Below are positions 18,811 through 28,250 of a stretch of DNA of 46,125 bases, piece after piece (positions within the stretch are counted from its first letter, which is position 1; each line of letters starts with the position of its first letter). Location of the stretch: positions 1-46,125 of the forward strand of contig JANNDF010000418.1 of NCBI GenBank assembly GCA_031387445.1, written 5' to 3'. A model generated the notes under the pieces. That model saw only the letters and a program-made list of their open reading frames with translations. It did not search any database and had not been told where the DNA came from. Origin of the DNA: Planctomycetia bacterium. GTDB taxonomy: Bacteria > Planctomycetota > Planctomycetia > Gemmatales > Gemmataceae. Made by a program: the position numbers and the translations under genes.

Positions 18811-21800
18811 CAGCGTCTCGCCCGTTGCCGCTGTTTTGAACGGTGTAGGTGAAGGTGAGCGTCTGGCCGGCCTCGGCCGGGCCGGCCGGCACCACCGCCG
18901 TCACCCGCAGGTCGGCCGGGCGGGAGGCCACCGCCACCGTGCCCGCGCTGCGGCGGACGTTGTTCGCCTCGTCCGACTCGAACACCTGCGCGGTCGAGTC
19001 GGCGACGACGTATACGTAGTAGTTGCCTGTGGGCAGGTCGGCCGGCAGAGTGAAGATGACGCCCGGATCGACGGCCGACCCGTCGGACGCCGACACGCCC
19101 CGCGGCTCGGCGTTCCCACGGGTTCCCAGCAGCCGGGCCGCCGCGGGGTCGAAGGTGGGGGAGGTGGACAGGTAGAAGGCGTCCGTCCAGCCGGCGTTCG
19201 GCACCTCGCCAGCGCCGAGGTTCTGTGCCGCGTACCGCAGGGCGATCGGCTGCCCGGCCACGGCCGTCGGCGGCACCGTCAGGGCGGTCACTTCCAGGTC
19301 GGGCGGCGGGGTGAGCAGGATGGCGGTCGGGTCGTCGTGGCCGACGTTGTTCCCCTCGAAGGCCTGTTCGAACACCTGGTTCAGCGTGTCGGTGCGCACC
19401 AGCAGGAAGAACGCCCCCTGGGTGGTGACGGGCGTGACCACCGACAGGGACGCGGTGTACGTACCGTCGGCCGCGAGCGCCCCGCCGCGGGCCACCCGCC
19501 CGAGGCTCCAGTCGGAGGGGTCCACCCGGTCGTCGGCCGACAGGAACACTTCGTCGTACCAGCCGGTCGCGTCGGTCGGCCCGCGGCCGGCGTTCGTCAC
19601 GGTCCACGTGAGGGCGGTCGGCTGACCGGAGAAGGTGCTGCTCGGGGCGACCACGCTCGTCACCCGCAGGTCGGGCGGCGGGGTGAGGGTGACGGTGAAG
19701 CCGGCGCTGGCCGTGCGGTTGTTCGCGTCGCGGTTCAGCTCGAACACCTGCCCGTGCCGGTCCGCCTCGACGAGGATGTAGTAGGTGCCCTCGGCGTCGC
19801 GGGGCAGGCGGGCCGTCAGCCCGCTGTTGTACCCCTCGCCGGGCGGCAGGTAGGCCGGGTTCGCCACGTCCCCCAGGAAGGTGTCGGAGTTGTCGAGGAC
19901 GGCGTCGGCCGACAGCCACACGCGGTCGTACCAGACGGGCGAACTGGTCGCCCCACTGCCGGCGTTCGTCACCGTCCAGGTGGCCGACACCTCCTGCCCG
20001 CTGAACGCCTGCGGCGGCACTCCCACCGTCGTCACCTTCAGGTCCGGGTACTCCTGCTGGCCGAACTGCGTCTTGCGGGCGGTCAGGCGGGTGTTGTTCG
20101 TGTTATCCTGCTCGGCGAGTGCGTTGCCCACGTCCGCCGCTACCAGCAGGTAGAAGCCGCCGACCAGATCGATCGGGGCGTTCACCGCCTGGGTGCGGGT
20201 GACCGACTCGCCGGCGGCGATGGTGCCGGTGAAGGCGAAGTCGCTCAGGTGTCGCACGTTCACCCCGAATCGGTCCTTGGACGAGTACACGCGGTCGGTC
20301 CAGGTGCCGGTGGCGTCGGCCGAGCCGGTGTTGGTGACCGTCCAGGTGAGGGTGAACGGGTCGCCGCTGCGGGCGGCCGGCGGGGCGTCGATGGCCGACA
20401 CCACCAGATCCGGCCCACGGAGGGAGACGGGCAGCGCGCGGGTGTTGTTCGCCTCGCTCCGCTCGGCCTGCGCGCCGCTCCGGTCGGTCACGAACAGCAC
20501 GTAGTTCACGTCACCGGTCGCCGCCGGCACGGTGGCCGTGCGGGTGACGGTGTAGCTGGCCCCGCCGGTCAGCGGCGTCTGCGCGGCGATCGGCTCGCTC
20601 AGCACCAGCCGGTCGGACGAGTCCAGTGTGTCGTCCGCCGACAGGTAAACCGAGTCCGTCCAGTCGGCCGCCGCCGGGTCGGTGGCGGTGTTCGACACCG
20701 TCCAGGTGAACTCGGCCGGGCTGCCGACGGCCAGCACGGGCGGGGCGGTGGCCGTCGTCAGTTCCAGGTCGGGCGCGCCGATGGTCAGGGCGACCGACCG
20801 GCGGTTGTCGCCCTCGTTCGTCTCCCCCTGCTGGCTGGTGAAGTAGAAGTAGTACGACTGGTACCCGGCGTCGGTGAGCAGCGTCAGGTGCTTGGTGCCG
20901 GTCACGCCCGTGGGGATGGTGACAGTCTTGGTGACGGTGTAGCTGGCCCCCGCCGCGAGCGGCGTCTGTGCCGTTACGCCCTCGGTGGCGATCGGTTGGC
21001 CGTTGTAGTAGTAGCTGAGAGTCTGGTCGGGCGAGTCGAGCAGCAACAGGGCGTCGGCCCAGTCGGCCACGGCCGGGGTGGTGCCGGCGTTCGTCACCGT
21101 CCAGCTGACGGTGATCGTCTGGCCGGGGGTGACGGCCGTGGACGACGCGGTCAGGGCCGTCACGGTCAGGTTGGCCGAGCCGACGGTGGTGGCGACGGTG
21201 GCGGTGTTGTTGTTCTCGTCCGACTCCCCCTGGTAGGCGTTGACGTCCACGCTCAGGCGGAAGGTGGCGGCGCCGCCGGCGAAGTTGGCCGGCACCATCA
21301 CCTCGGCGGTGGCCGTGTACCCGGTCCCGGCCGCCAGTGGGCTGACGGTGCGGGCGCGGGTGGCCAGGCGGGTGCCGTTCAGGTCGATGGCGTCCGACCA
21401 GTCGCCCAGCGCCGGGTGTTGGCCGGCGTTCGTCACCTCCCAACTGACGGTGTACGTCTGCCCGGCGGCCACTGTGGTCGGGGCGGTGAAGGAGACGATT
21501 TTCAAGTCCGGCGGGGTGATGGTGAGCGTGCGGGTGCGGGCGTCGTTGCCCGTGTCGCCGTCGGCGAACCGCGGTTGGGCCGCCGTCCCGTTCCCGTTGT
21601 TCACCCGAAGGGTGACGGACGCCCCGCCGTAGTAGTAGCCGGTGCCGAACGCCGGCGAGGTGGTCACCTGGCGGGTGACGGTGTAGCTGGCACCGGGGGC
21701 GAGGGCCGGGCCGGTGTACGCCACGGCGGCGAGTTCGGACGTGCTGTAGTAGTACGAGTTGCTGAACTCGGTGAGCCGGTCCAGCCACCCGCCGGCCGGG

Positions 21801-24800
21801 GCCGCCGCATCGCCCACGTTCTTCACCGTCCAGGTGGCCGTGACGGTGCTGCCCGGCACGGCCGACGTCGGGAATGTGAAGTCCGTGACCACCAGGTCCG
21901 GGGCGTGGACGGTGACGGGCACCACCCGCGCGTTGTTCGTCTCGTCCGATTCGGTGAGAGTGCCGTTCGCGTCGGCCGTGTAGATGAGGAAGTAGCGGCC
22001 CGGCCGTAGCCCCGGCACGGTAACGGTCTGACTGGCCGTGTACGACCCGCCGGCCGTGGTGATGCCCGAGCGGTAGAACTCCGCGAGTTCCGCGTCCCCG
22101 CCGTCGAAGGTGGCGTCGAGCGACAGGTACACCGCGTCGTACCTGTCGCCCGGCGCGGCCACCGCCGACGAGTTGGACACCGTCCAGGAGAAGTCGGCTG
22201 ACTGGCCGGCGGTCAACTCCGCCGGCCAGTCGGCGACGGCCACCGTCAGGTCGGGCACGCCGACGGTGAACGGGATGGCGCGGGTGTTGTTCGCCTCGTT
22301 CGTCTCCGCCTGGGAGCCAGTGTCACCCTCGTAGTAGGAGTAGTAGTACCCGTCCGTTCGCACGATGAGGAAGCCGGCTCCGGCGGTCAGGGTGGACGGC
22401 AGGGTGAACGCCTGCGTGCGGGAGTACGCTTCGCCCAGATCGAGCGGGGTTTCCGCGCCGGCGTAGAACTGACCGAGGTTCACGTCGGACGAGTCGAGCG
22501 TTGCATCGGTCGAGAAGTACACCGTGTCGTACCAGTCGGCCAGCGCCGCATCCTCGCCGGCGTTCCGCACCGCCCACGTCACCTCCACCGACTGACCCAC
22601 CGCCCCGGCCGACGCCGAAGCCGTGGCCGAGTCCACCACCAGATCCGCACCCGTCACGGTGATGGCCACCGCCCGCGTGTTGTTCCCGGTGTCCGCCTCG
22701 GGCAGGTTGTAGGTGGGGTTGGTCGAGTAGCGGTTGGCCACCACCAGTAGGTACTTCGTGCCGCCGGTGCCGGACGGGATGCTGACCGTCCCTGTGCGGT
22801 TGACCGACGCCCCGGCCGCCAGCCCGTTCCCGGAGGCGTACCCGACGTACTCGTCGGTCGGGTCGAAGGTGGTGTCGTCCGACAGGTAGACGCTGTCGTA
22901 CAGCGTGCCGGTGACCGCCGTCCCGTCGTTCGCTATCGTCCACGAGACGGTGATGCTCTCGCCGGTCCGCACGGTCGTCTTGCTGGCGGTGGCGGCCGTC
23001 GGGCGGAAGTCGGGCAAGCCGGCGGCGGTGAGCCGCACCGCCGCCACGTTGTTCACCTCGTCCGACTCTTCGACGTAGGACGAGTAACTGCTGTAGTTGT
23101 TGCCGTCGGTGATGAAGAGCAGGTAGCCTCCGGCGATCGTCCGGCCCGCCAGGCTGACGTCCCCGCCGGTGGTGTACGACTCGCCGGCCGCCAGCGCCCC
23201 GTACCGCGAGAAGCCGCCCAGGTACGTGTCGTTCGAGTCGAGCACGGCGTCGGCGGACAGGTACACCAGGTCGGACCAACTGGACCGCGACGCCGACACT
23301 GGCCCGGCGTTCCGCACCGACGCCGTCACCTTCACCAGCCCTTGGGTCGAGGGGACGACCGACACGGTGGGGATCAGGTCCGGGGCGGTGAGGGTGACCG
23401 CCGCCGAGGCCGTGTTGTCGGCCGGGTTCGGGTCGTCGGCCGGGGTGCGGGCGTTCGCCACTACGAACACGTAGCGGTACTGATTCGGGTTGTACGGGGC
23501 GTACACCTCGGCGCTCGCCGAATACGTGCCGTCCGCCCGCACGTCGCTCGCCGAGATCAACTTCGTCCCCGCCAGCAAGTCGGTCGCGGTGTTCAGGGTG
23601 GCGTCGGCCGACAAGTAGACGCGGTCTTCCCACTTGCCGCCGGCGGCCGGGGTTGGGGTGGCGCGGACCGTCCAGGTGGCGGTGGAATAGCCGGCGACGG
23701 ACAACCCGTTCGGCAGCGACACCGCCGTGGCCGTCAGGTTCACCCCCGCGCCGGGGGTGAGCGGGGCGACGGTGACGGCGGCGACGGCGGTGTTGTTGTT
23801 GCTGTCCGACTCGGCGAAGTAGTACGGGGTGACGGACGCGATCAGGTAGCCCGCCCCGAGCGTGGTGGACCGCGACAATTCCGTTGCCAGCGTCACCGAC
23901 CTGGAGGTGCCCGGCTCCCACGCGGTGCCGCCGGCCGACGCGTACTGGTACGCGAGGTAGGTGTCGTCGTCGTCCAGTACGGCGTCGGCGGACAGGGCGA
24001 GGTAGACGTAGACGTACCCGGACTCGTACTCGTCGGACGGCACCGCCGCCGCCCCGGCGTTGGTGACGACGACGGTGGCGGACAGCGTGTCGCCGGGGAA
24101 GACGCGGGCCGGGGTGCCGGTGAGGGCGACCGTCAGGTCGGGCTGAGGGCCGGCGGGCGGCGGCGGGACCGGCGTGGGCGGTGGGGAGGTCGGCAGGGCG
24201 GTGACGGTGAGGGCGGTAGAGGCAGCGTTGTCGGCCGCGTTCCCGTCCGCCCGCCCCGCCCCCACCGTCACCCCGTAGTAGTACGTGCCGCCGGTCAGGT
24301 TCGTCGGCAGGGTGAGGGTGGCGGTGCGTGTGACGCTCCCGTTCACCGGCAGGCGGGCGTCCGTGCCGAGCGACACGCCGGTCGAAGCCACGCGGTTCGC
24401 CCCGGCCGCGTCTTTCGCCACCCACGCCACCGCGCTCACGCCGGTGGCGTCGTACACCGGCGTCGTCCCGGCATTCGACACCACGAAGGAGATGTCCACC
24501 GACTGGCCGGCGGTGGCCGCCGCCGGCCCGGTCAGCCCGCCCACCCGCAGGTCGGGCGTGCGGATGCGGAAGGGGATGGCGGCGGTGTTGTTGTCGGTGC
24601 GGGTCTCGGCGTACTGGGTGGAGTAGTAGGAGTACCGCTCCGCCCGCACGATCAGGAAGTAGTCGCCGGCGGCGGCGGCGGTGGGGGCGGCGGTGACGGC
24701 GGTCTGCGGCACCGACCCGCCGGCCGCCAGGTTCGACCCCGAACCGCCGGTCCTGACGAGCGTGTCGGCCGTGTCGTAGGTGGCGTCGGCCGACAGGTAC

Positions 24801-25402
24801 ACGTTTGACTGCCACGTCTGCGTGTACGCCGCCGCCCCCACGTTCGACACCACCCACGACAGGTCGATCGGCTGCCCGGCGTCGGCCGACGCCGGCCCGG
24901 TGAACCCGCTCACCGTCAGGTCGGGGGTGGCGAGCACGAGGGGCAGCACGCGGGTGTTGTTCGCCTCATTCCCCTCGGTGATTCGTTCGGACAGGTCGGT
25001 CACCACGAGCAGATACCCGGCCGAGGTCGGCACGTTCAGCGGCACCGCCTTCGACCGCGTGTACGTCGCCCCGGCCGGCAGTGCCGCCGCGTCCAGGATC
25101 GTCTCGGTGTGCAACAGTTGGTCGGTGCGGTCGAAGGTGGCGTCGGCCGAGAAGTAGAGGGAGTCGGACCAGCCGAGCGGGGGCGAGGCGGTGTCGCCGG
25201 CGTTGGTGCCCGCCCAGGTGATTGTCACCGTCTGCCCGACCACGAGCGGCCCGGTCACGGACAGTTCAGTCGGCCGCAGATCGACCGCCGGGGCGAGCCG
25301 GTCTTCCAACTGCGTGACGCCGAGCAACTGGCGGGGGCGGCGACCCCCCGTCGTGGATTGGGGCAGCCACGAGCGCAGAACGCGACCAAGAAGCGGGTGC
25401 AT
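18068..25402 (-). CDS. N-terminal part of the giant protein: leader with LEDRLAP motif plus about 17 tandem CARDB-type repeats. Only 25402 down to about 18825 is genuinely coding in this frame.
   Basis: MHPLLGRVLRSWLPQSTTGGRRPRQLLGVTQLEDRLAPA, then a repeating PDL.V......P......G......W.V.N.G...A...W.D.VYLSAD..LD..D unit. After ...TFTYTVQNSGNG the frame decays into RGRGRRRRRDRPGHPRARR... low-complexity text until the stop at 18068. Confidence 0.85.
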   Translation of the reverse strand: MHPLLGRVLRSWLPQSTTGGRRPRQLLGVTQLEDRLAPAVDLRPTELSVTGPLVVGQTVTITWAGTNAGDTASPPLGWSDSLYFSADATFDRTDQLLHTETILDAAALPAGATYTRSKAVPLNVPTSAGYLLVVTDLSERITEGNEANNTRVLPLVLATPDLTVSGFTGPASADAGQPIDLSWVVSNVGAAAYTQTWQSNVYLSADATYDTADTLVRTGGSGSNLAAGGSVPQTAVTAAPTAAAAGDYFLIVRAERYSYYSTQYAETRTDNNTAAIPFRIRTPDLRVGGLTGPAAATAGQSVDISFVVSNAGTTPVYDATGVSAVAWVAKDAAGANRVASTGVSLGTDARLPVNGSVTRTATLTLPTNLTGGTYYYGVTVGAGRADGNAADNAASTALTVTALPTSPPPTPVPPPPAGPQPDLTVALTGTPARVFPGDTLSATVVVTNAGAAAVPSDEYESGYVYVYLALSADAVLDDDDTYLAYQYASAGGTAWEPGTSRSVTLATELSRSTTLGAGYLIASVTPYYFAESDSNNNTAVAAVTVAPLTPGAGVNLTATAVSLPNGLSVAGYSTATWTVRATPTPAAGGKWEDRVYLSADATLNTATDLLAGTKLISASDVRADGTYSASAEVYAPYNPNQYRYVFVVANARTPADDPNPADNTASAAVTLTAPDLIPTVSVVPSTQGLVKVTASVRNAGPVSASRSSWSDLVYLSADAVLDSNDTYLGGFSRYGALAAGESYTTGGDVSLAGRTIAGGYLLFITDGNNYSSYSSYVEESDEVNNVAAVRLTAAGLPDFRPTAATASKTTVRTGESITVSWTIANDGTAVTGTLYDSVYLSDDTTFDPTDEYVGYASGNGLAAGASVNRTGTVSIPSGTGGTKYLLVVANRYSTNPTYNLPEADTGNNTRAVAITVTGADLVVDSATASASAGAVGQSVEVTWAVRNAGEDAALADWYDTVYFSTDATLDSSDVNLGQFYAGAETPLDLGEAYSRTQAFTLPSTLTAGAGFLIVRTDGYYYSYYEGDTGSQAETNEANNTRAIPFTVGVPDLTVAVADWPAELTAGQSADFSWTVSNSSAVAAPGDRYDAVYLSLDATFDGGDAELAEFYRSGITTAGGSYTASQTVTVPGLRPGRYFLIYTADANGTLTESDETNNARVVPVTVHAPDLVVTDFTFPTSAVPGSTVTATWTVKNVGDAAAPAGGWLDRLTEFSNSYYYSTSELAAVAYTGPALAPGASYTVTRQVTTSPAFGTGYYYGGASVTLRVNNGNGTAAQPRFADGDTGNDARTRTLTITPPDLKIVSFTAPTTVAAGQTYTVSWEVTNAGQHPALGDWSDAIDLNGTRLATRARTVSPLAAGTGYTATAEVMVPANFAGGAATFRLSVDVNAYQGESDENNNTATVATTVGSANLTVTALTASSTAVTPGQTITVSWTVTNAGTTPAVADWADALLLLDSPDQTLSYYYNGQPIATEGVTAQTPLAAGASYTVTKTVTIPTGVTGTKHLTLLTDAGYQSYYFYFTSQQGETNEGDNRRSVALTIGAPDLELTTATAPPVLAVGSPAEFTWTVSNTATDPAAADWTDSVYLSADDTLDSSDRLVLSEPIAAQTPLTGGASYTVTRTATVPAATGDVNYVLFVTDRSGAQAERSEANNTRALPVSLRGPDLVVSAIDAPPAARSGDPFTLTWTVTNTGSADATGTWTDRVYSSKDRFGVNVRHLSDFAFTGTIAAGESVTRTQAVNAPIDLVGGFYLLVAADVGNALAEQDNTNNTRLTARKTQFGQQEYPDLKVTTVGVPPQAFSGQEVSATWTVTNAGSGATSSPVWYDRVWLSADAVLDNSDTFLGDVANPAYLPPGEGYNSGLTARLPRDAEGTYYILVEADRHGQVFELNRDANNRTASAGFTVTLTPPPDLRVTSVVAPSSTFSGQPTALTWTVTNAGRGPTDATGWYDEVFLSADDRVDPSDWSLGRVARGGALAADGTYTASLSVVTPVTTQGAFFLLVRTDTLNQVFEQAFEGNNVGHDDPTAILLTPPPDLEVTALTVPPTAVAGQPIALRYAAQNLGAGEVPNAGWTDAFYLSTSPTFDPAAARLLGTRGNAEPRGVSASDGSAVDPGVIFTLPADLPTGNYYVYVVADSTAQVFESDEANNVRRSAGTVAVASRPADLRVTAVVPAGPAEAGQTLTFTYTVQNSGNGRDAGERVDGSVRGRGRRRRRDRPGHPRARRHPGGRGDVHRDRDRRRAVHPGRRLHAQRPHRHRQRGVRVGRRKQCRHRPDHCHPPCARPDRLGRVRHRPGRGRRHPDRLLAGDEQRRRCHPGPVLVRPGGADQQCRRRGGRVGHLPPHQPTVGRGVVLAKRVVHRAGQPGAGHVLRPRDDGRPGAGDGADRGREQQRPVADGRGRHRRPAPVPRPAGDGRVRPDDGRGRPAVHCHVDGAERRPDCHRPVV

Positions 25403-25455
25403 GGGCGAAACCCCGCGGGTTGTGGTAGGACCAAATATCTACTGTGGGGCGGATA

Positions 25456-25770
25456 CTACGGCATCAGTTTTGGCGAAGCAAGAAGTTCGAGTCGAATAAC
25501 TGGGCAACCGAGGTCAAGTTTAAGATCGAGTCGTCTCGGCACGTGCAGCGGTGTGCACCCGGCATCGCTCCTCTGCTGGCTCGTTGTGAGCCGGTGACAC
25601 CGTCGGCAGCCGAAGTCTCCGCCACGCAGGTACTTCTTGCGAACCCGGCGCCCGCACCGGATGCTGTTCTCCGGCATCGGGCAGAGGAACCACCACCGCG
25701 GCCGCCGAGGTGACTGCGGGTGGTCACCAACTGGACAGGCTGACTGATCGGTCGAATCGGGGCGAAGCAC
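25456..25770 (-). pseudogene. Probably decayed zinc-ribbon ORF (R-WF-CP...CGRRV..LY...F.CR.C..L.Y.SQ family)
   Basis: PRRPRWWFLCPMPENSIRCGRRVRKKYLRGGDFGCRRCHRLTTSQQRS matches an uncharacterised small zinc-ribbon family I recognise. The flanks are non-homologous and low-complexity, which suggests truncation. Confidence 0.3.
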
Positions 25771-26100
25771 CTCGAAGCGCTATCGGGAGGATGCGCAAAC
25801 CGATCGCGTACAGGTGCGCGATGGAGAGCGGGTGCTTGCCGGGTCACGGCAAATGTTCACTGACCACGGGACACCCGGAATGGCCCCTCTTCTCGTCGGG
25901 GCTGCGGGTGCGGGTCACGAACTCTCCTTCGGATCCCTTTTTCGCGACCCGGGCGCCTCTATCAAGGGCACGGCTCGACATTTCGACCACCCGCTAGTGC
26001 GACCACTGGCCGTGGGTCTTGCCCTCCGGGCCCAACCAGCGCCACCCTCCGCGGTGTGGCGTTGTGCCGCTCGAGGCTGTTGGGTTGACCAACCCGACGG

Positions 26101-26730
26101 TCACCCGAGCAGCGTCCCGGCGGTCCGCCGGACCTCTTGCAGGTAGCTCGTCAGCCCGTCCCGGAACGTCACCTCGGTGGCGTCTAGGCCCCAGCCGAGC
26201 CACAGGGTCAGCCCGCAGTCGCACTCGCGGCCGTCGATCAGTTTCTGCCGGACGGCGTCGAACCCGAACCGGTCGAGGACTCGGGCGAGCACCTGCTCGA
26301 AGCAGAACACCCGGCCGGCAAGGGATCGGCAGAGGGCGGCGCACGTCGCGACCTCCGAGCCGGCGGCGGCAAGACCGGCCAGGCTCTTCTTGTCGCCGGT
26401 GACGATGACCGAGTCGGGCACGAGCGGGCAGAGGGCGAACAGGACCGCCTCACCGGCGTCGATGTTCTTGCCCGTCTGCTCGGTCAGGGCGGCGACGGCC
26501 GCAGGGTCGGGGTCGGCGTCGACGTCGGCCACGGCCGCCAGGAACGCGGTGAGGCGGGCGAAGCTGGCGTCGCCGACCCGCTTGCGGTGCTTGGGGGTGG
26601 TGACGGAGAAGCGGGCGGTCCGGAGCACCCGGAGGTCGGCGGCGGTGACGGCGAACGCGGCCAGGAACTTGTCGAACAGGTCACAGCGGGCGAGTTTGAG
26701 GAGGATGTCGTTGTCGGCCAGGACGATCAC
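26101..26730 (-). CDS. PIN-like nuclease-domain protein (putative)
   Basis: N-terminal MIVLADNDILLKLARCDL (beta1 plus acidic residues), then NIDAGEAVLFALC and VIVTGDKKSLAGLAA, which resemble the PIN acidic quartet. The start overlaps the upstream ImmA gene stop by 4 nt. Confidence 0.55.
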   Translation of the reverse strand: MIVLADNDILLKLARCDLFDKFLAAFAVTAADLRVLRTARFSVTTPKHRKRVGDASFARLTAFLAAVADVDADPDPAAVAALTEQTGKNIDAGEAVLFALCPLVPDSVIVTGDKKSLAGLAAAGSEVATCAALCRSLAGRVFCFEQVLARVLDRFGFDAVRQKLIDGRECDCGLTLWLGWGLDATEVTFRDGLTSYLQEVRRTAGTLLG

Positions 26731-27746
26731 CCGGGGGCCTCCTGCCGGGTGATCCGCATGAGGAACTCGCTGCTATCCTCGGGCAGTTTCTCCCAGTCCA
26801 GGTTGGCGGCCAGCCGCTCGCCGACCATCCCAACCGCGTCGGCGTCCGGGTCCAGGAGCTTGAGCGCCGCGTTCGCCACCGCCCAGAACCCGCCGCCCTC
26901 GGTGTGGGCGCAGTTCAAGACGACGTGGCCGGGGTCCACCCGGTTCCGCCGGCCGAACTCGCGGGCGAGCTGGGCCAGCCGGTCCGCCTTCAGCCAGCGG
27001 CCCACCTCGAAGCAGGTGGCGGCGTTGCCGGTGAGCAGCTCGATGGCGTACCGGTCGGCCTGCTCCTCCTCCGCGTCCTGCACGTTTTCGTGCATCGTCT
27101 CGTCGAGCAGCGCCCCGTTGTCCGGCACGTGCCCGTGGTGCAGGTGGCCGAGCTCGTGGGCCAGGATGAAGAGCAGCCAGGCGGGCTGGCTCTTGTCCAC
27201 GCACAGGACGACCGCCGGCCGGCCGTTCACCCGCAGGGTGAAACCCATCGGCTTCTTCTTCGCGTCCGCCGGGAAGTTGTTGACGTGCAGCACCGGGATG
27301 CCGGTCGCCCAGCAGTGGTCGAGCAACGGCTCGAACCCGATCCACGGGGCGGCTTCGAGGATCGCCCCGCGGAGGGCGGACGCCGGCGGGACGGGCAGGT
27401 ACGGGCGGTCCATCGCGGCGGCGGCCAACTGGGCGGCGCGGGTGGCGATGACGCGGGTGAGGAGCAACTCGTCGTCGGTGGTGCCGGACTGTTTCTTGTA
27501 CTTGCACACCCCGAAGTCCTGTAGCCGCAGGGTGGCGGCCGGGTCCTGGAGTGTGGTGATGTCGATGCCGAGGTGCCGCGACAGGTGCATCAGCCCGACG
27601 GCCCGGCTGGCCGCGTCGTCCCAGAGGGCGTCGTCCCACCACGACGGGAGCGCGGCCACCTTGCGGACGTAGGGCTTGGTGAACCCCACCTCACGGAGTC
27701 GGTCGTACACGGTCTTCGCTGAAATGGCGGTCAGGATGGCGGTCAC
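26727..27746 (-). CDS. ImmA/IrrE-family (COG2856, M78-like) zinc metallopeptidase domain protein
   Basis: HEXXH in LFILAHELGHLHHGH, followed by EEEQADRYAIELLTG (third-ligand / E..AN.FA..LL motif). 339 aa, with no fused XRE HTH. Confidence 0.8.
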   Translation of the reverse strand: MTAILTAISAKTVYDRLREVGFTKPYVRKVAALPSWWDDALWDDAASRAVGLMHLSRHLGIDITTLQDPAATLRLQDFGVCKYKKQSGTTDDELLLTRVIATRAAQLAAAAMDRPYLPVPPASALRGAILEAAPWIGFEPLLDHCWATGIPVLHVNNFPADAKKKPMGFTLRVNGRPAVVLCVDKSQPAWLLFILAHELGHLHHGHVPDNGALLDETMHENVQDAEEEQADRYAIELLTGNAATCFEVGRWLKADRLAQLAREFGRRNRVDPGHVVLNCAHTEGGGFWAVANAALKLLDPDADAVGMVGERLAANLDWEKLPEDSSEFLMRITRQEAPG

Positions 27747-28250
27747 TCCGCATGCCGGCAGTCCGTGCGTCTGGGTGAGATGAGCCTACTCCATGAATTG
27801 TACGGCCGGCCCCGCCCGCCCGACAGGTCCGTTCGCGGTCGGAGGGGAAGAGTCCGGACACCCAGCCGGTAGCGACGGTTCGGACGGACGAGCGGATGGG
27901 CACCTTCACCCCGACGTCTCACCAGGATTGGTGGTCAGCCCGGTCGCCCGAACCGGCTGTCGAGACCGCGTTCGCGAGGAAGAAGCCCGCAAGACGAACT
28001 GAACCGCCGTTGACAACCGGCGGAGCTTCGGGCAGGTGTGCCGCGGGCGGGTCGCCGGGTGACGGTCGCACCTGGCAGGCCGTGACGGAGGGCCGGCGGT
28101 GACCGCTCCACGGCCCCTCCCCGGGTGTGGTGCCCGGTAGCGCGGTCGCGCTTCACTGAGGGGACGCCCGCCGACGAACGTGCCCCGCTGGCAAAGGGTA
28201 GCGCCCGTCGTACCGTCGCGCTACACTGAGAGCTCACTCGGAGTGACACC

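Noticed and set aside
18780-18860. Programmed ribosomal frameshifting at the junction of the two giant ORFs
   Set aside because: I see no X-XXY-YYZ slippery heptamer or obvious downstream pseudoknot at the switch point. A one-base indel in a short G/C run is the simpler explanation, so it is reported as a frameshift or possible sequencing error instead.
25464-26402. ORFs 25464..25847(-), 25710..25997(+), 25814..26146(+), 25994..26344(-) and 26019..26402(+) in or next to the islet's left border
   Set aside because: No motifs, and Arg-rich composition. The region looks like decayed or non-coding DNA apart from the zinc-ribbon remnant. A 45-codon minus-strand ORF starting near 25983 (MSSRALDRGARVAKKG...) was also noted, but it is too short and featureless to call.
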